The notes under the pieces were generated by a model, which was given only the letters and a program-made list of their open reading frames with translations, ran no database searches and was not told the origin of the DNA. Shown here piece by piece: positions 1 through 8,168 of a stretch of DNA of 52,197 bases. Position 1 is the first letter of the stretch. Each line of letters starts with the position of its first letter. This DNA comes from a virus. Lineage: Duplodnaviria > Caudoviricetes. The stretch spans positions 1 through 52,197 of the IMG/VR virus record IMGVR_UViG_3300011338_000521; one strand, 5' to 3'. A program made the translations under genes and the position numbers.

Positions 1-1
1 C

Positions 2-970
2 TACCTGAATGTCCCACTGATCGGCAAAGGTCATGGCCCATTCATTCACAGCAACATTCCACATGAAGTCAGAATGTGCTCGTAGCTTTTGTTTTTTGTG
101 GCCCTGTGCCAACAGCGCACTCAAATCAGGTTTTACTCTACTAGAGTGGGCAACAAGGCAGTCCTCACGACTAACACTGTAATGTAGTGCAGGACGAACA
201 CCACGCCAAGACTCAATAACCCGTTGCGCACGTGGATCCGTAGGGGCGATGTATTCTCCGGTGTTGATCCAGTGGTGATGGATATCCAGCACAAGAGCCA
301 CATGATCAGCCACGGCAAGAGTAACGTCAAGTCCATTTGTAAGTTCATCATTTTCTATAGTTATGAGGTTGCGAGCCTCTGGGGACAATCTGTCCAAAGT
401 ACGCAGAAACTTTGCAGGGCCGCCTTTGCCCGATAAGTGTACGTTAATCTTAAATCCGTGATCGTGATACGTGTTTCCATACCCCATCCACCGGGCCATA
501 TCTGCATGATACTCGAATTCCAGTATGGATCGTTCAACGATTTCATCCGATTCGCTTGCCAGCACACAAAATTGTCCTGGATGGAAGGAAAGCCGAACGC
601 CCAAACGCCGAGCAGTGTCGCCAACCGGCGCAAATATGCGTTCGCAATGATCTTGAATTTCACGTCGTTGCCACCAATCTATCCAAGAGGGTTCTGTGTA
701 ACCCTGTAACATTTCCGAACCCAGTCGCACCATTCTGCGTTCTGGCTCCAATGCACCCACACGTTCAACCATTTTTAGAGCCGCGGCAGCGTTATGGTTC
801 ATGATGTCCCACTGACGCTGGTCAGCTTCGGCAGCATGCTCACGAAGCCAGCGCATGGTAGTTGATCTTCCGTTTATATCACGGTCCACAGCATTGACTT
901 TCATGCCCCCAGTTTCCCCGGGATCATTGAGCCATTTGCAACAAAATCCAAATCTAGATGTGTGTGTCAT
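2..970 (-). CDS. uvsE: UV DNA damage endonuclease (UvsE/UvdE family), 3' end runs off the window
   Basis: Manual translation from ATG at 970: MTHTSRFGFCCKW...RMVRLGSE...RLSFHPGQFCVLAS...INVHLSG...ITIENDE...LVLDIHHHW...PALHYS...RAHSD. These are the UvdE metal-binding motifs. The frame is open to the window edge, so it is absent from the ORF track. Confidence 0.92.
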   Translation of the reverse strand, partial: MTHTSRFGFCCKWLNDPGETGGMKVNAVDRDINGRSTTMRWLREHAAEADQRQWDIMNHNAAAALKMVERVGALEPERRMVRLGSEMLQGYTEPSWIDWWQRREIQDHCERIFAPVGDTARRLGVRLSFHPGQFCVLASESDEIVERSILEFEYHADMARWMGYGNTYHDHGFKINVHLSGKGGPAKFLRTLDRLSPEARNLITIENDELTNGLDVTLAVADHVALVLDIHHHWINTGEYIAPTDPRAQRVIESWRGVRPALHYSVSREDCLVAHSSRVKPDLSALLAQGHKKQKLRAHSDFMWNVAVNEWAMTFADQWDIQV

Positions 971-976
971 AAGTAT

Positions 977-1005
977 ATTATACAAGATTTAGACAATTGT
1001 GTCAA
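977..1005 (-). promoter_or_regulatory. Consensus sigma70 promoter for uvsE (leaderless geometry)
   Basis: TTGACA-N17-TATAAT-N6-ATG on the minus strand, with no SD. Confidence 0.8.
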
Positions 1006-1025
1006 TTCTTTTGAAAGGTTAAAAT

Positions 1026-1367
1026 ATGAAATATTGGATCGAATCTAAATGGGAAGCAGCGTTAGTTTACCCAGATACCATTGAGGAATTTCATGCTCTT
1101 GGAAAAACAAGAGGAGCAGACGAAGTAGTGTTAGCAAAAATTCAGGAGGCAGCACAGACATTAAATCTGTTCTCTATGGATCCACATCCACTTGATTATC
1201 TTAAAAAAAATAGCGATGGTACTACATTATTGGGATTTTATCAAACTGACAAAGAAAAAGCTCTTGAATGGGTAAAATGGCGAGAACAAAATCTAAGCCC
1301 ATTACAAATTTATTGTAGATTAGTAGAAGAAGCCGAGCCAGGTGATTCAGGATACGTTGCTCCCTAA
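1026..1367 (+). CDS. Hypothetical protein, paralog of 1372..1770
   Basis: 113-aa ORF with upstream AAAGG; shares HPxDY-x5-DG-x4-G[FY]YxxD with the next ORF. Confidence 0.7.
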   Translation: MKYWIESKWEAALVYPDTIEEFHALGKTRGADEVVLAKIQEAAQTLNLFSMDPHPLDYLKKNSDGTTLLGFYQTDKEKALEWVKWREQNLSPLQIYCRLVEEAEPGDSGYVAP

Positions 1368-1371
1368 TACA

Positions 1372-1770
1372 ATGAAGGTATTTCACGAATCGTATTATAG
1401 CGTGGCTACAGAATGTCGGCCCGAGTCGGTGTTAGCTCGGGTCACAAAGTTTACCCCTAACAATGTAATGGAATTAGCTGGTGGGTTTGAAATGCACGAG
1501 TCACATCCTGAAGACTACGTGATTTTTCATCCAGATGGATCTGCCACTCATGGATATTATCATGGTGATGAATCGGTATTGAAAAATGTTATTGAGTTTG
1601 TGGAAAAAAGAAACGCAATCAATAACTACGGATTTGCCAAAGCAAAAGTGTTAACGTGTGATGATCACCAACATCCATGTGACACTGTGCCCGAACCGTG
1701 GTTTACAGCCAAAGGATTTTATGAAAAATACGATCCACTCAAGTGGCCTGCCGTACAAGATCCAACGTAA
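1372..1770 (+). CDS. Hypothetical protein, paralog of 1026..1367
   Basis: ATG 4 nt after the previous stop (MKVFHES...); same motif as the previous ORF. Confidence 0.7.
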   Translation: MKVFHESYYSVATECRPESVLARVTKFTPNNVMELAGGFEMHESHPEDYVIFHPDGSATHGYYHGDESVLKNVIEFVEKRNAINNYGFAKAKVLTCDDHQHPCDTVPEPWFTAKGFYEKYDPLKWPAVQDPT

Positions 1771-2656
1771 CACAATGAAAGCCGCCTCCCAGAGTGCGGC
1801 TTTGTCTTAACCGCAAGGGAATCACTTCAAATCGGTAACTCTTTAGGGTTTTGATCAATTCAGTTTGGTCAGCATCACAGATCACAGTGTGAGGATCTAC
1901 CACCAACATGTTCATGGCAATCCATTTTGACGCATAAGGATATTGATAAAAATCCTGAGCCACAACATCATTAACCCAGATTTTATGCCATCCATCAAAC
2001 ACTCGGGGCACAGTATCAAACCCAACTCTGTGTCCATTTAACATTACCAAGCCTTCACGTAAGGGCACAATGGTTGAATCAATATGTACACCAGCATAAA
2101 AATTGCATAATTCTATTGTGACATCTGGAAACTGCTCGCAAAGCCAACGATAGGCTTTTTGGTTGCCCGACGCTGATTCCAAGTACAACATCTTGTCCCC
2201 AAGACGACACACATTGGCAGCATCCAAAGTCATGCCTTCGTTGCGTGGCATAAACTTGTAATCGTCAGCAGAATCCACAATATCGTGATAGCATTGCAGT
2301 TCCATGTCTCTGCAAGGATACATCATAGCAGGATCCACTATGGTTGATCCGTACACTAAAAACCGGTCACGTGGACAGTAATTGTACATGCCATCATGTG
2401 TTTGAAAATTGAGTGGGTCCGGACGTACTACTTCTACATCAAGGCTGATTAGTGTGGTTGCTAGGATATCCAAATCTTCGTTAGCTTCGTCAATTATCCG
2501 TTGTGGTACAGGTCCACGTGGCACCGGTGTCTCCGTCCAGGTGGTCTTTTCTGATTCTCGTGAAAACACAGGGTCGTTCACAGGCCAGTTAGCGTCGGTA
2601 GCACTGCCTACCACAATCTTTTTAAGTGGGCTCCACTCGTCAACAGTTGATATCAT
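1739..2656 (-). CDS. Amidinotransferase (glycine / inosamine-phosphate amidinotransferase family)
   Basis: EWSPLKKIVVG, CPRD, DAAN, HIDST and GGGFHCVTLD, giving the Asp/His/Cys catalytic triad of AGAT/StrB1-type enzymes. Confidence 0.9.
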   Translation of the reverse strand: MISTVDEWSPLKKIVVGSATDANWPVNDPVFSRESEKTTWTETPVPRGPVPQRIIDEANEDLDILATTLISLDVEVVRPDPLNFQTHDGMYNYCPRDRFLVYGSTIVDPAMMYPCRDMELQCYHDIVDSADDYKFMPRNEGMTLDAANVCRLGDKMLYLESASGNQKAYRWLCEQFPDVTIELCNFYAGVHIDSTIVPLREGLVMLNGHRVGFDTVPRVFDGWHKIWVNDVVAQDFYQYPYASKWIAMNMLVVDPHTVICDADQTELIKTLKSYRFEVIPLRLRQSRTLGGGFHCVTLDLVRQAT

Positions 2657-3159
2657 ACGTGTCCAGTAATTTGTAATGTATAGCGGTCCTCAAGACCAAT
2701 GTTGGCTGCCATGTGTGGCAAATCGTACACCCATTCAACAGTGTCTCCAGCTTTCCAGTCAACATAAGGCCGGCCGTCTACTTCAAGATAATGTCCTGGT
2801 TTCCAATCTTCCAACAACAACAACGCACGACGAATTGAAGTTTCTTGTCCTTGAAGATTGAAAAGTTCAATATAGCGTTTGTACAAATCTTGATGCACTG
2901 GCATCACTGTGTCAGTGCTCATGCGATAAAATGCAAGTCCAATGTCTTTCCATCCTTGTATTTTGTATATTTCAATAAATTTACCAGCCCAGGAAGGCAA
3001 GCGATGCCGCATGTCACACAGACCTCCGCAGATTTTACTTGTGTATCCTTGTGCAGTCCATCGTTGTAAACTTGCTGGATCGTTGAATGGTTCTTGGATG
3101 TAGTCTAATGTTTTAAACTCATCATCCCAAAATCGTTCAATGTGATATTTAAAAGCCAC
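2653..3159 (-). CDS. 2OG-Fe(II) oxygenase-like (Asp/Asn beta-hydroxylase-like cupin)
   Basis: MPVHQD (HxD), PHMAAN (distal His) and RYTLQITG; probable GTG start overlapping the upstream gene's 3' end. Confidence 0.7.
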   Translation of the reverse strand: MAFKYHIERFWDDEFKTLDYIQEPFNDPASLQRWTAQGYTSKICGGLCDMRHRLPSWAGKFIEIYKIQGWKDIGLAFYRMSTDTVMPVHQDLYKRYIELFNLQGQETSIRRALLLLEDWKPGHYLEVDGRPYVDWKAGDTVEWVYDLPHMAANIGLEDRYTLQITGHV

Positions 3160-4390
3160 GTGTGTTACCGTAGTGTACAACTTCCACATTGTCTGATGAC
3201 TCTAGTTTGCGCCATGGATCAACAATAATGCTGCCTGGCATGATTGTGCAATATGCTTGAGTCTCTGCTTGATCACCTGTGTATTCGTACGTGATCTTGC
3301 GATTGTGTGCCCACAAAAATACCGCTGGTTCGTCTACCCTATCAACCACATGAGTTTTGTCATCAGCAAGTGGATCAACATAAACTACCTTGCGGCCTTC
3401 TTGTTCAATGTAATGTCCTACCAGCGTTGAATAGCTGCCAATGCAATACTCTACGTCAGGTTTGTATGCTTTACCGTGAATCACAATGGGCAAGTTATTG
3501 TTCATCACACTCAAGTCTACCAAAAACATAGCTAAGTTTTTGGCTTGTACTTCTCTAGCATGCATAACTGTGTCAAACAAGTCGTAACCAATGTTGTATT
3601 CCTTGGCCAACCAACGCAGTGCAATGTTGTCACGTGGATGACAGGCACCTGCGTCGCCCATGCCTGCTGTCATGTATTTAGGTCCCATGATACGCATGGT
3701 GCTACGTGCTAGTGCATCTGTAACCACATCCACATTGATATTGCCAATGCGTAATGCAAAGTCCTGGATCATGTTGACCAGACCAACTTTGGCCGATATA
3801 AAAGTATTATAAAAAATCTTAATGGCTTCGCATTCGTCCCATGTACCTACTTCATAACGTGGATCGTTTTGCATGATGGTTTTGTACAAATCAATCAGTT
3901 CGCCGGCTACACCAGTAAGAGATCCATCTTCTGTGCCAATAATAACCATTTCTGGGTGCGCCATATCCCACTTGACCGATCCCATGGCAATTAGATAAGG
4001 GTTGTAACAAAACTCATGTTTGGCATCAATCAATGGCACGAACTTCTTGCGAGTGGTACCCGGCAGTACTGTGCTTATCAACACAATTTTTTTACTGCTT
4101 TTGGCATATTTGTTCACATTGTGAATGGCATCAATTACAGCGTCATGTCCAAAGTCTCGAGGTTCCATGTGACTAGATGGCACTGACCCGTCATATCCTT
4201 CTGCATGCGGGGTAGGTACTGCAATGAAGATCCATTCACTGTTGTCCACAAGTTCTTCAATACCACAGACTTTTACCAAGTCGCTGGTTCGTGGGTAAAT
4301 ATCATACCCCCAAACTTGATGTTTCTCTGCCATTACTTCGGCACAGTCCAACCCAAGTTTTCCAATACCAATAAAACCAATTTTTGCCAT
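3149..4390 (-). CDS. UDP-glucose/GDP-mannose dehydrogenase family protein
   Basis: GFIGIGKLG Rossmann motif, IAVPTP, STVLPGTT, EAIKIFYN, GACHPRD (catalytic Cys), AYKP; AAGGA RBS before ATG 4390. Confidence 0.9.
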   Translation of the reverse strand: MAKIGFIGIGKLGLDCAEVMAEKHQVWGYDIYPRTSDLVKVCGIEELVDNSEWIFIAVPTPHAEGYDGSVPSSHMEPRDFGHDAVIDAIHNVNKYAKSSKKIVLISTVLPGTTRKKFVPLIDAKHEFCYNPYLIAMGSVKWDMAHPEMVIIGTEDGSLTGVAGELIDLYKTIMQNDPRYEVGTWDECEAIKIFYNTFISAKVGLVNMIQDFALRIGNINVDVVTDALARSTMRIMGPKYMTAGMGDAGACHPRDNIALRWLAKEYNIGYDLFDTVMHAREVQAKNLAMFLVDLSVMNNNLPIVIHGKAYKPDVEYCIGSYSTLVGHYIEQEGRKVVYVDPLADDKTHVVDRVDEPAVFLWAHNRKITYEYTGDQAETQAYCTIMPGSIIVDPWRKLESSDNVEVVHYGNTRGF

Positions 4391-5624
4391 GAGCGTTCCT
4401 TTAGATAGATTATACGATTTTTTGCAAGACGTTTGCAACCATGATGTTTTAATTTATCGTTATTTTCCACATGGATCAAAAAAAATGCAAGATTGCAAAA
4501 TGCTTGCAGACTCTCCAGAAATGACCAAAGTTGATCGGTTCAACAAAATGTATGTGTTTTGTCATGATCAGGAATTGTTAAATTCAAAAGATTTTCCAAA
4601 AGTACAAAATATCGCCGCAGACATTCCAATAAATGCATATCGATTACTTGCAATGAATACTTTGAACAAATATGATCGTGTGATTGTGGTGCATTCTGAA
4701 CTCAACAGTCCTGATGTAACATGGTTTGATGAACACGGAGCCGTTACAGTTTATTGGTGGAGTCATGCTCTGATTGCGCAAGACTGGTTTCGATATGCTA
4801 AAATAGATCCTAAATTCAACAGTAAGTCTTGTGATTTGCAACAAGATTTTTTAATTTATAATCGAGCATGGCAAGGCACCCGAGAATATCGATTGAAGTT
4901 TGCTGAACTTGTGGTCAACAACAATTTAAATCAACATTGTCGTATGAGGTTTAACCCAATAGACGAACAGCACTATCATCAGCATCAGTTTAGTAATCCT
5001 GCATTTGAAATTTCTAACCGCAATTTAGAAGATTACTTTCCAATAAACAACACAGACAGTTCAGCCAGTGCTGATTATTCTTGTCAAGATTATTTAGAAA
5101 CTGGACTTGAAATAGTATTAGAAACAATAGTTGATGATCAACGCTGGCATCTCACTGAAAAAACTCTGCGGCCAATTGCTTGTGGGCATCCTTTTATGAT
5201 CTTGGGTACGTCAGGTATTCTCAAATATCTACGCAGATATGGATTCAAAACATTTTCGCCGCTGATCGACGAAAGCTACGATGACATTCAAGATCCAGTA
5301 GAAAGGATGCAGGCTATCATTGATGTTATGAAATGCATTGCTGCCAGGAGCACTGCTGACAAACTAGTGTTGTATCAACAGATGCAGACAATTTGTAACT
5401 ACAACAAAGATAGATTTTTTAGTGACGAATTTTTAAACTGCGTTGTTGACGAGTTCAAACAAAATTTTGAACATGCAACCAAGCAGATGAAAAAACATCA
5501 AACTGGAGCATATTTTAAAATGTTCTTACGAGCATTAAAAAATACAACAAATCAGTTGCCTGCATCTAGACAAGAGATTGTAAAAATGTGGCAAATATTG
5601 CACAGTACAAATTGCTCTGGTTAG
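4389..5624 (+). CDS. Putative glycosyltransferase-like protein (GT10-like C-terminal motif)
   Basis: 411-aa AT-rich ORF with IVLET...LTEKTLRPIACGHPF...YLRRYGFKTF...IDESYD, resembling the fucosyltransferase-like E..TEK motif. Confidence 0.5.
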   Translation: MSVPLDRLYDFLQDVCNHDVLIYRYFPHGSKKMQDCKMLADSPEMTKVDRFNKMYVFCHDQELLNSKDFPKVQNIAADIPINAYRLLAMNTLNKYDRVIVVHSELNSPDVTWFDEHGAVTVYWWSHALIAQDWFRYAKIDPKFNSKSCDLQQDFLIYNRAWQGTREYRLKFAELVVNNNLNQHCRMRFNPIDEQHYHQHQFSNPAFEISNRNLEDYFPINNTDSSASADYSCQDYLETGLEIVLETIVDDQRWHLTEKTLRPIACGHPFMILGTSGILKYLRRYGFKTFSPLIDESYDDIQDPVERMQAIIDVMKCIAARSTADKLVLYQQMQTICNYNKDRFFSDEFLNCVVDEFKQNFEHATKQMKKHQTGAYFKMFLRALKNTTNQLPASRQEIVKMWQILHSTNCSG

Positions 5625-5986
5625 CCCGGTGGCGAAGATTTAATTAGAATTGGAGACCATTTGTCGCCTGGCGGATTGGCGATATATTCATCAACACGTT
5701 CAGACAAATGTTGATAGAAAGTGTCCATTTCACCATTCCAACAGCCTGTTAGCGAATGCAATGCGCTACGACAGAATTCCCAGTTTTGTAGTTGATACTG
5801 TTCTATTAATTGTTGATGTATATGTTTATTAGATTCTAACCGCGGAAACTCTGCCAACGGTAAATTGTCAATCACACAATAGGTCTTTACCAATTGCTCT
5901 GATGGCATTATCTTGAATGTGTCTAGTTCCAAAACAGTGTGAGCACTGGATACAGTGTTAATGGCGTCGCCAAATATTATGTTCAT
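5621..5986 (-). CDS. Hypothetical protein resembling the C-terminal tail of class III adenylate cyclases
   Basis: ELDTFKI...VKTYCV...YQLQNW...FYQHLSERV...PPGDKWSP; AAGGA RBS. Confidence 0.55.
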   Translation of the reverse strand: MNIIFGDAINTVSSAHTVLELDTFKIMPSEQLVKTYCVIDNLPLAEFPRLESNKHIHQQLIEQYQLQNWEFCRSALHSLTGCWNGEMDTFYQHLSERVDEYIANPPGDKWSPILIKSSPPG

Positions 5987-6011
5987 TGTTATTTCCTTTT
6001 AAATATGTATC

Positions 6012-6803
6012 ATGCAACTTGCCTTTGATTTAATTTCTGATTTACACATTAGCACCTGGGAAGGTGAATTTGACTGGACCAATCGAGCCACTAGCCCACA
6101 CTGTATAGTGCTGGGCGATGTGTGTGAAGATCGAGCATCCTTGTACAAAACACTCGAGCATCTTGGAAAGTGTTATCAAGCTGTGTTTTATGTTGACGGT
6201 AATGATGAACATGTGGATTTTTTTAACGATCTTGCATTCAGTTATGAAGAAATGAGTCAACGAATTGGTCAAATTCCCAATGTGGTGTATCTACAAGACA
6301 ACGTGGTAGTGATCAATGGTGTGGCTATTTTGGGCACAAATGGTTGGTGGGCATTTGACTTTGACAACACTATTAATCCCGAAGCAGTAAGAGATTGGTG
6401 GTGCGAAAAATATAACTTCACGCACGATAACTATAACGCCATACGTCGGGCCAGCACCACTGATGCCAACTACTTGATAGCCAGTGTAAAAAAACTACAA
6501 ACTCATAGAGACGTAAAGAAAATTGTCATAGCCACTCACACTGTGCCCATGCCTGCATTGATCGCACACGACATTGATTTAGCAGACAAACTCAAATTCA
6601 ACACCATGGGCAACAGGCACATGCTGAATGCACTAGACGTGGACACCGAACACAAAATTGATACATGGTGTTTTGGTCACTATCACGGCAAAGTTGACCA
6701 GTATCGAGATGGTGTTCGTTATGTTAACAATTGTCGTGGTCGCGGGCAAACACCGTGGTCGCAGTATGTGTATCATCCACTGCGTGTGGTTGTTGATTAT
6801 TAA
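6012..6803 (+). CDS. Calcineurin-like metallophosphoesterase
   Basis: SDLH, LGD, GNDE (variant of GNHE), THTVP and FGHYH motifs. Confidence 0.85.
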   Translation: MQLAFDLISDLHISTWEGEFDWTNRATSPHCIVLGDVCEDRASLYKTLEHLGKCYQAVFYVDGNDEHVDFFNDLAFSYEEMSQRIGQIPNVVYLQDNVVVINGVAILGTNGWWAFDFDNTINPEAVRDWWCEKYNFTHDNYNAIRRASTTDANYLIASVKKLQTHRDVKKIVIATHTVPMPALIAHDIDLADKLKFNTMGNRHMLNALDVDTEHKIDTWCFGHYHGKVDQYRDGVRYVNNCRGRGQTPWSQYVYHPLRVVVDY

Positions 6804-7108
6804 GTTGTTTCGGGTTCCAGTTTGATCTGGAGCGGATAGTTTTGTGCTCTAGCACTAACTGTGACTTCAACGCCTTTTTGTTCGGCAATTTCGTAAGGCA
6901 ACACTGCCACACAAGCAGAACCGTCTTCGTGAATGTCGATGGTGATTTGTTCTGCGGTTTCGGGGGTGTATTCAAAATATTCAACTAAACTTTCGACCAC
7001 AAACTCCATGGAAGTTGCGTTGTCGTTCAAGTAAACCACGCGAAACATAGGTGGCTCTTTTACGGCCTCTGATGGTTTGATTCGTGTGCGGGTGTCGCTC
7101 TGTGCCAT
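6800..7108 (-). CDS. clpS: ATP-dependent Clp protease adaptor ClpS
   Basis: EPPMFRVVYLND..TSMEFVV...IHEDG.A...YEIAEQK...YPL. Confidence 0.92.
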   Translation of the reverse strand: MAQSDTRTRIKPSEAVKEPPMFRVVYLNDNATSMEFVVESLVEYFEYTPETAEQITIDIHEDGSACVAVLPYEIAEQKGVEVTVSARAQNYPLQIKLEPETT

Positions 7109-7134
7109 TTCTATTCCTTGCTTTGCTATACAAT

Positions 7135-7160
7135 CAGTGACAGCAGGATTGCTGTCACTG
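7135..7160. terminator. Perfect 11-bp inverted repeat between hsp20 and clpS (terminator or regulatory hairpin)
   Basis: cagtgacagca-ggat-tgctgtcactg; weak U-tract; abuts a minus-strand TAAATA at 7161-7166. Confidence 0.5.
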
Positions 7161-7176
7161 TATTTACACTATTATA

Positions 7177-7629
7177 TTAGGAAGTGTAGGTGATCGCAAT
7201 GGTCTTTGGCTTGGCATCTTCGGGCACTTCACGTTTCAAGTAAACGCTTAGGATACCAAGTTCAAGGTGAGCATTGCTGATTTCCACATGATCCGCAAGC
7301 TGGAATTCACGACGGAAATCTCTGTTGCTGATACCTTTGTGCAGGTAGTTTGGCACAATCTTTTCGCTGTCAGACTGATACTCTTTGCCTTCAATGATCA
7401 AGAACTTTTTGTCCTTGGTAACTGAAAGGTTATCCAATCCAAATCCAGCCACAGCAAGACTAATCATGTACTCGTCTTCATTGATTTGTACAATGTTGTA
7501 AGGTGGATAGTTTGTGCTAGATTGTTGAGCACTTACCCGCATGAGTTCATCAAACATGTTATCAAAGCCGATACCAAATTTGTGAATTGAGGGAATGTCG
7601 AAAGAGCGAAGGGTGAGAGTTTTTGTCAT
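7177..7629 (-). CDS. Small heat-shock protein (Hsp20/IbpA-like)
   Basis: IGFDNMFD, NYPPYNIV, LAVAGF, YLHKGIS.RDFRREFQLAD, LELGILSV. Confidence 0.93.
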   Translation of the reverse strand: MTKTLTLRSFDIPSIHKFGIGFDNMFDELMRVSAQQSSTNYPPYNIVQINEDEYMISLAVAGFGLDNLSVTKDKKFLIIEGKEYQSDSEKIVPNYLHKGISNRDFRREFQLADHVEISNAHLELGILSVYLKREVPEDAKPKTIAITYTS

Positions 7630-7635
7630 TTGTTT

Positions 7636-7691
7636 TCTCCTTTATATAAGCAAGATGACTTGTAATGTAGCCCCACTATGGGCACTACATT
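7636..7691 (-). promoter_or_regulatory. ROSE-like RNA thermometer in the hsp20 5' UTR
   Basis: Upstream hairpin aauguagugccc/ggggcuacauu, followed by UCUUGCUU-auaua-AAGGAGA, which pairs the SD with a bulged G. Confidence 0.7.
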
Positions 7692-7716
7692 GTTATTTAT
7701 TATACACGAAGAAAAA

Positions 7717-7944
7717 CTATATTTTATTATTTAGGTCAGTTACCAGGCGGTAAGTTGTCCATTCTGGATGGTCTGGGTGTGGCACCCACGTCATTGCAAA
7801 TAGTGTATAAAATTCGTCTGAATCAAACGTAACCCGCAAGGTGTATTTGAATACTTTAGTACGGTATTTGATGTTGTATTTTACTGCCCATGCATTCAGT
7901 TTGGTTCGAACTAAGTCTGAGGACAACCGAAACTCAATGTACAT
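7717..7944 (-). CDS. Hypothetical protein
   Basis: 75-aa ORF whose start overlaps the rpsU stop (TGATG). Confidence 0.7.
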   Translation of the reverse strand: MYIEFRLSSDLVRTKLNAWAVKYNIKYRTKVFKYTLRVTFDSDEFYTLFAMTWVPHPDHPEWTTYRLVTDLNNKI

Positions 7945-8168
7945 CAGTACATTTTTTTAGGTAGTGCTTGTTCGGCTAGTTGTCTGCGCAAGCGATTTTT
8001 GGCAGCACTGCGTTTGAGTTTGCGAGCAGTGGTGGGCTTGGTGTAGAATTCACGATCACGCAGGTCGTTAAGAATACCTGATGTTTGAATTTTTTTCTTG
8101 AATTTACGCAATGCTTTTTCTACATTGCCGTCAGCGACTATTACCGACCTTCCGTGCAATTTGCTCAT
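7944..8168 (-). CDS. rpsU: Ribosomal protein bS21
   Basis: NVEKALRKFKKK...GILNDLRDREFYTKPT..RK.KR.AA. Confidence 0.92.
   Translation of the reverse strand: MSKLHGRSVIVADGNVEKALRKFKKKIQTSGILNDLRDREFYTKPTTARKLKRSAAKNRLRRQLAEQALPKKMY

Noticed and set aside
133-804. Five short ORF-track ORFs at the window start
   Set aside because: They are shadows of the uvsE frame (2..970, minus), which has clear family motifs.
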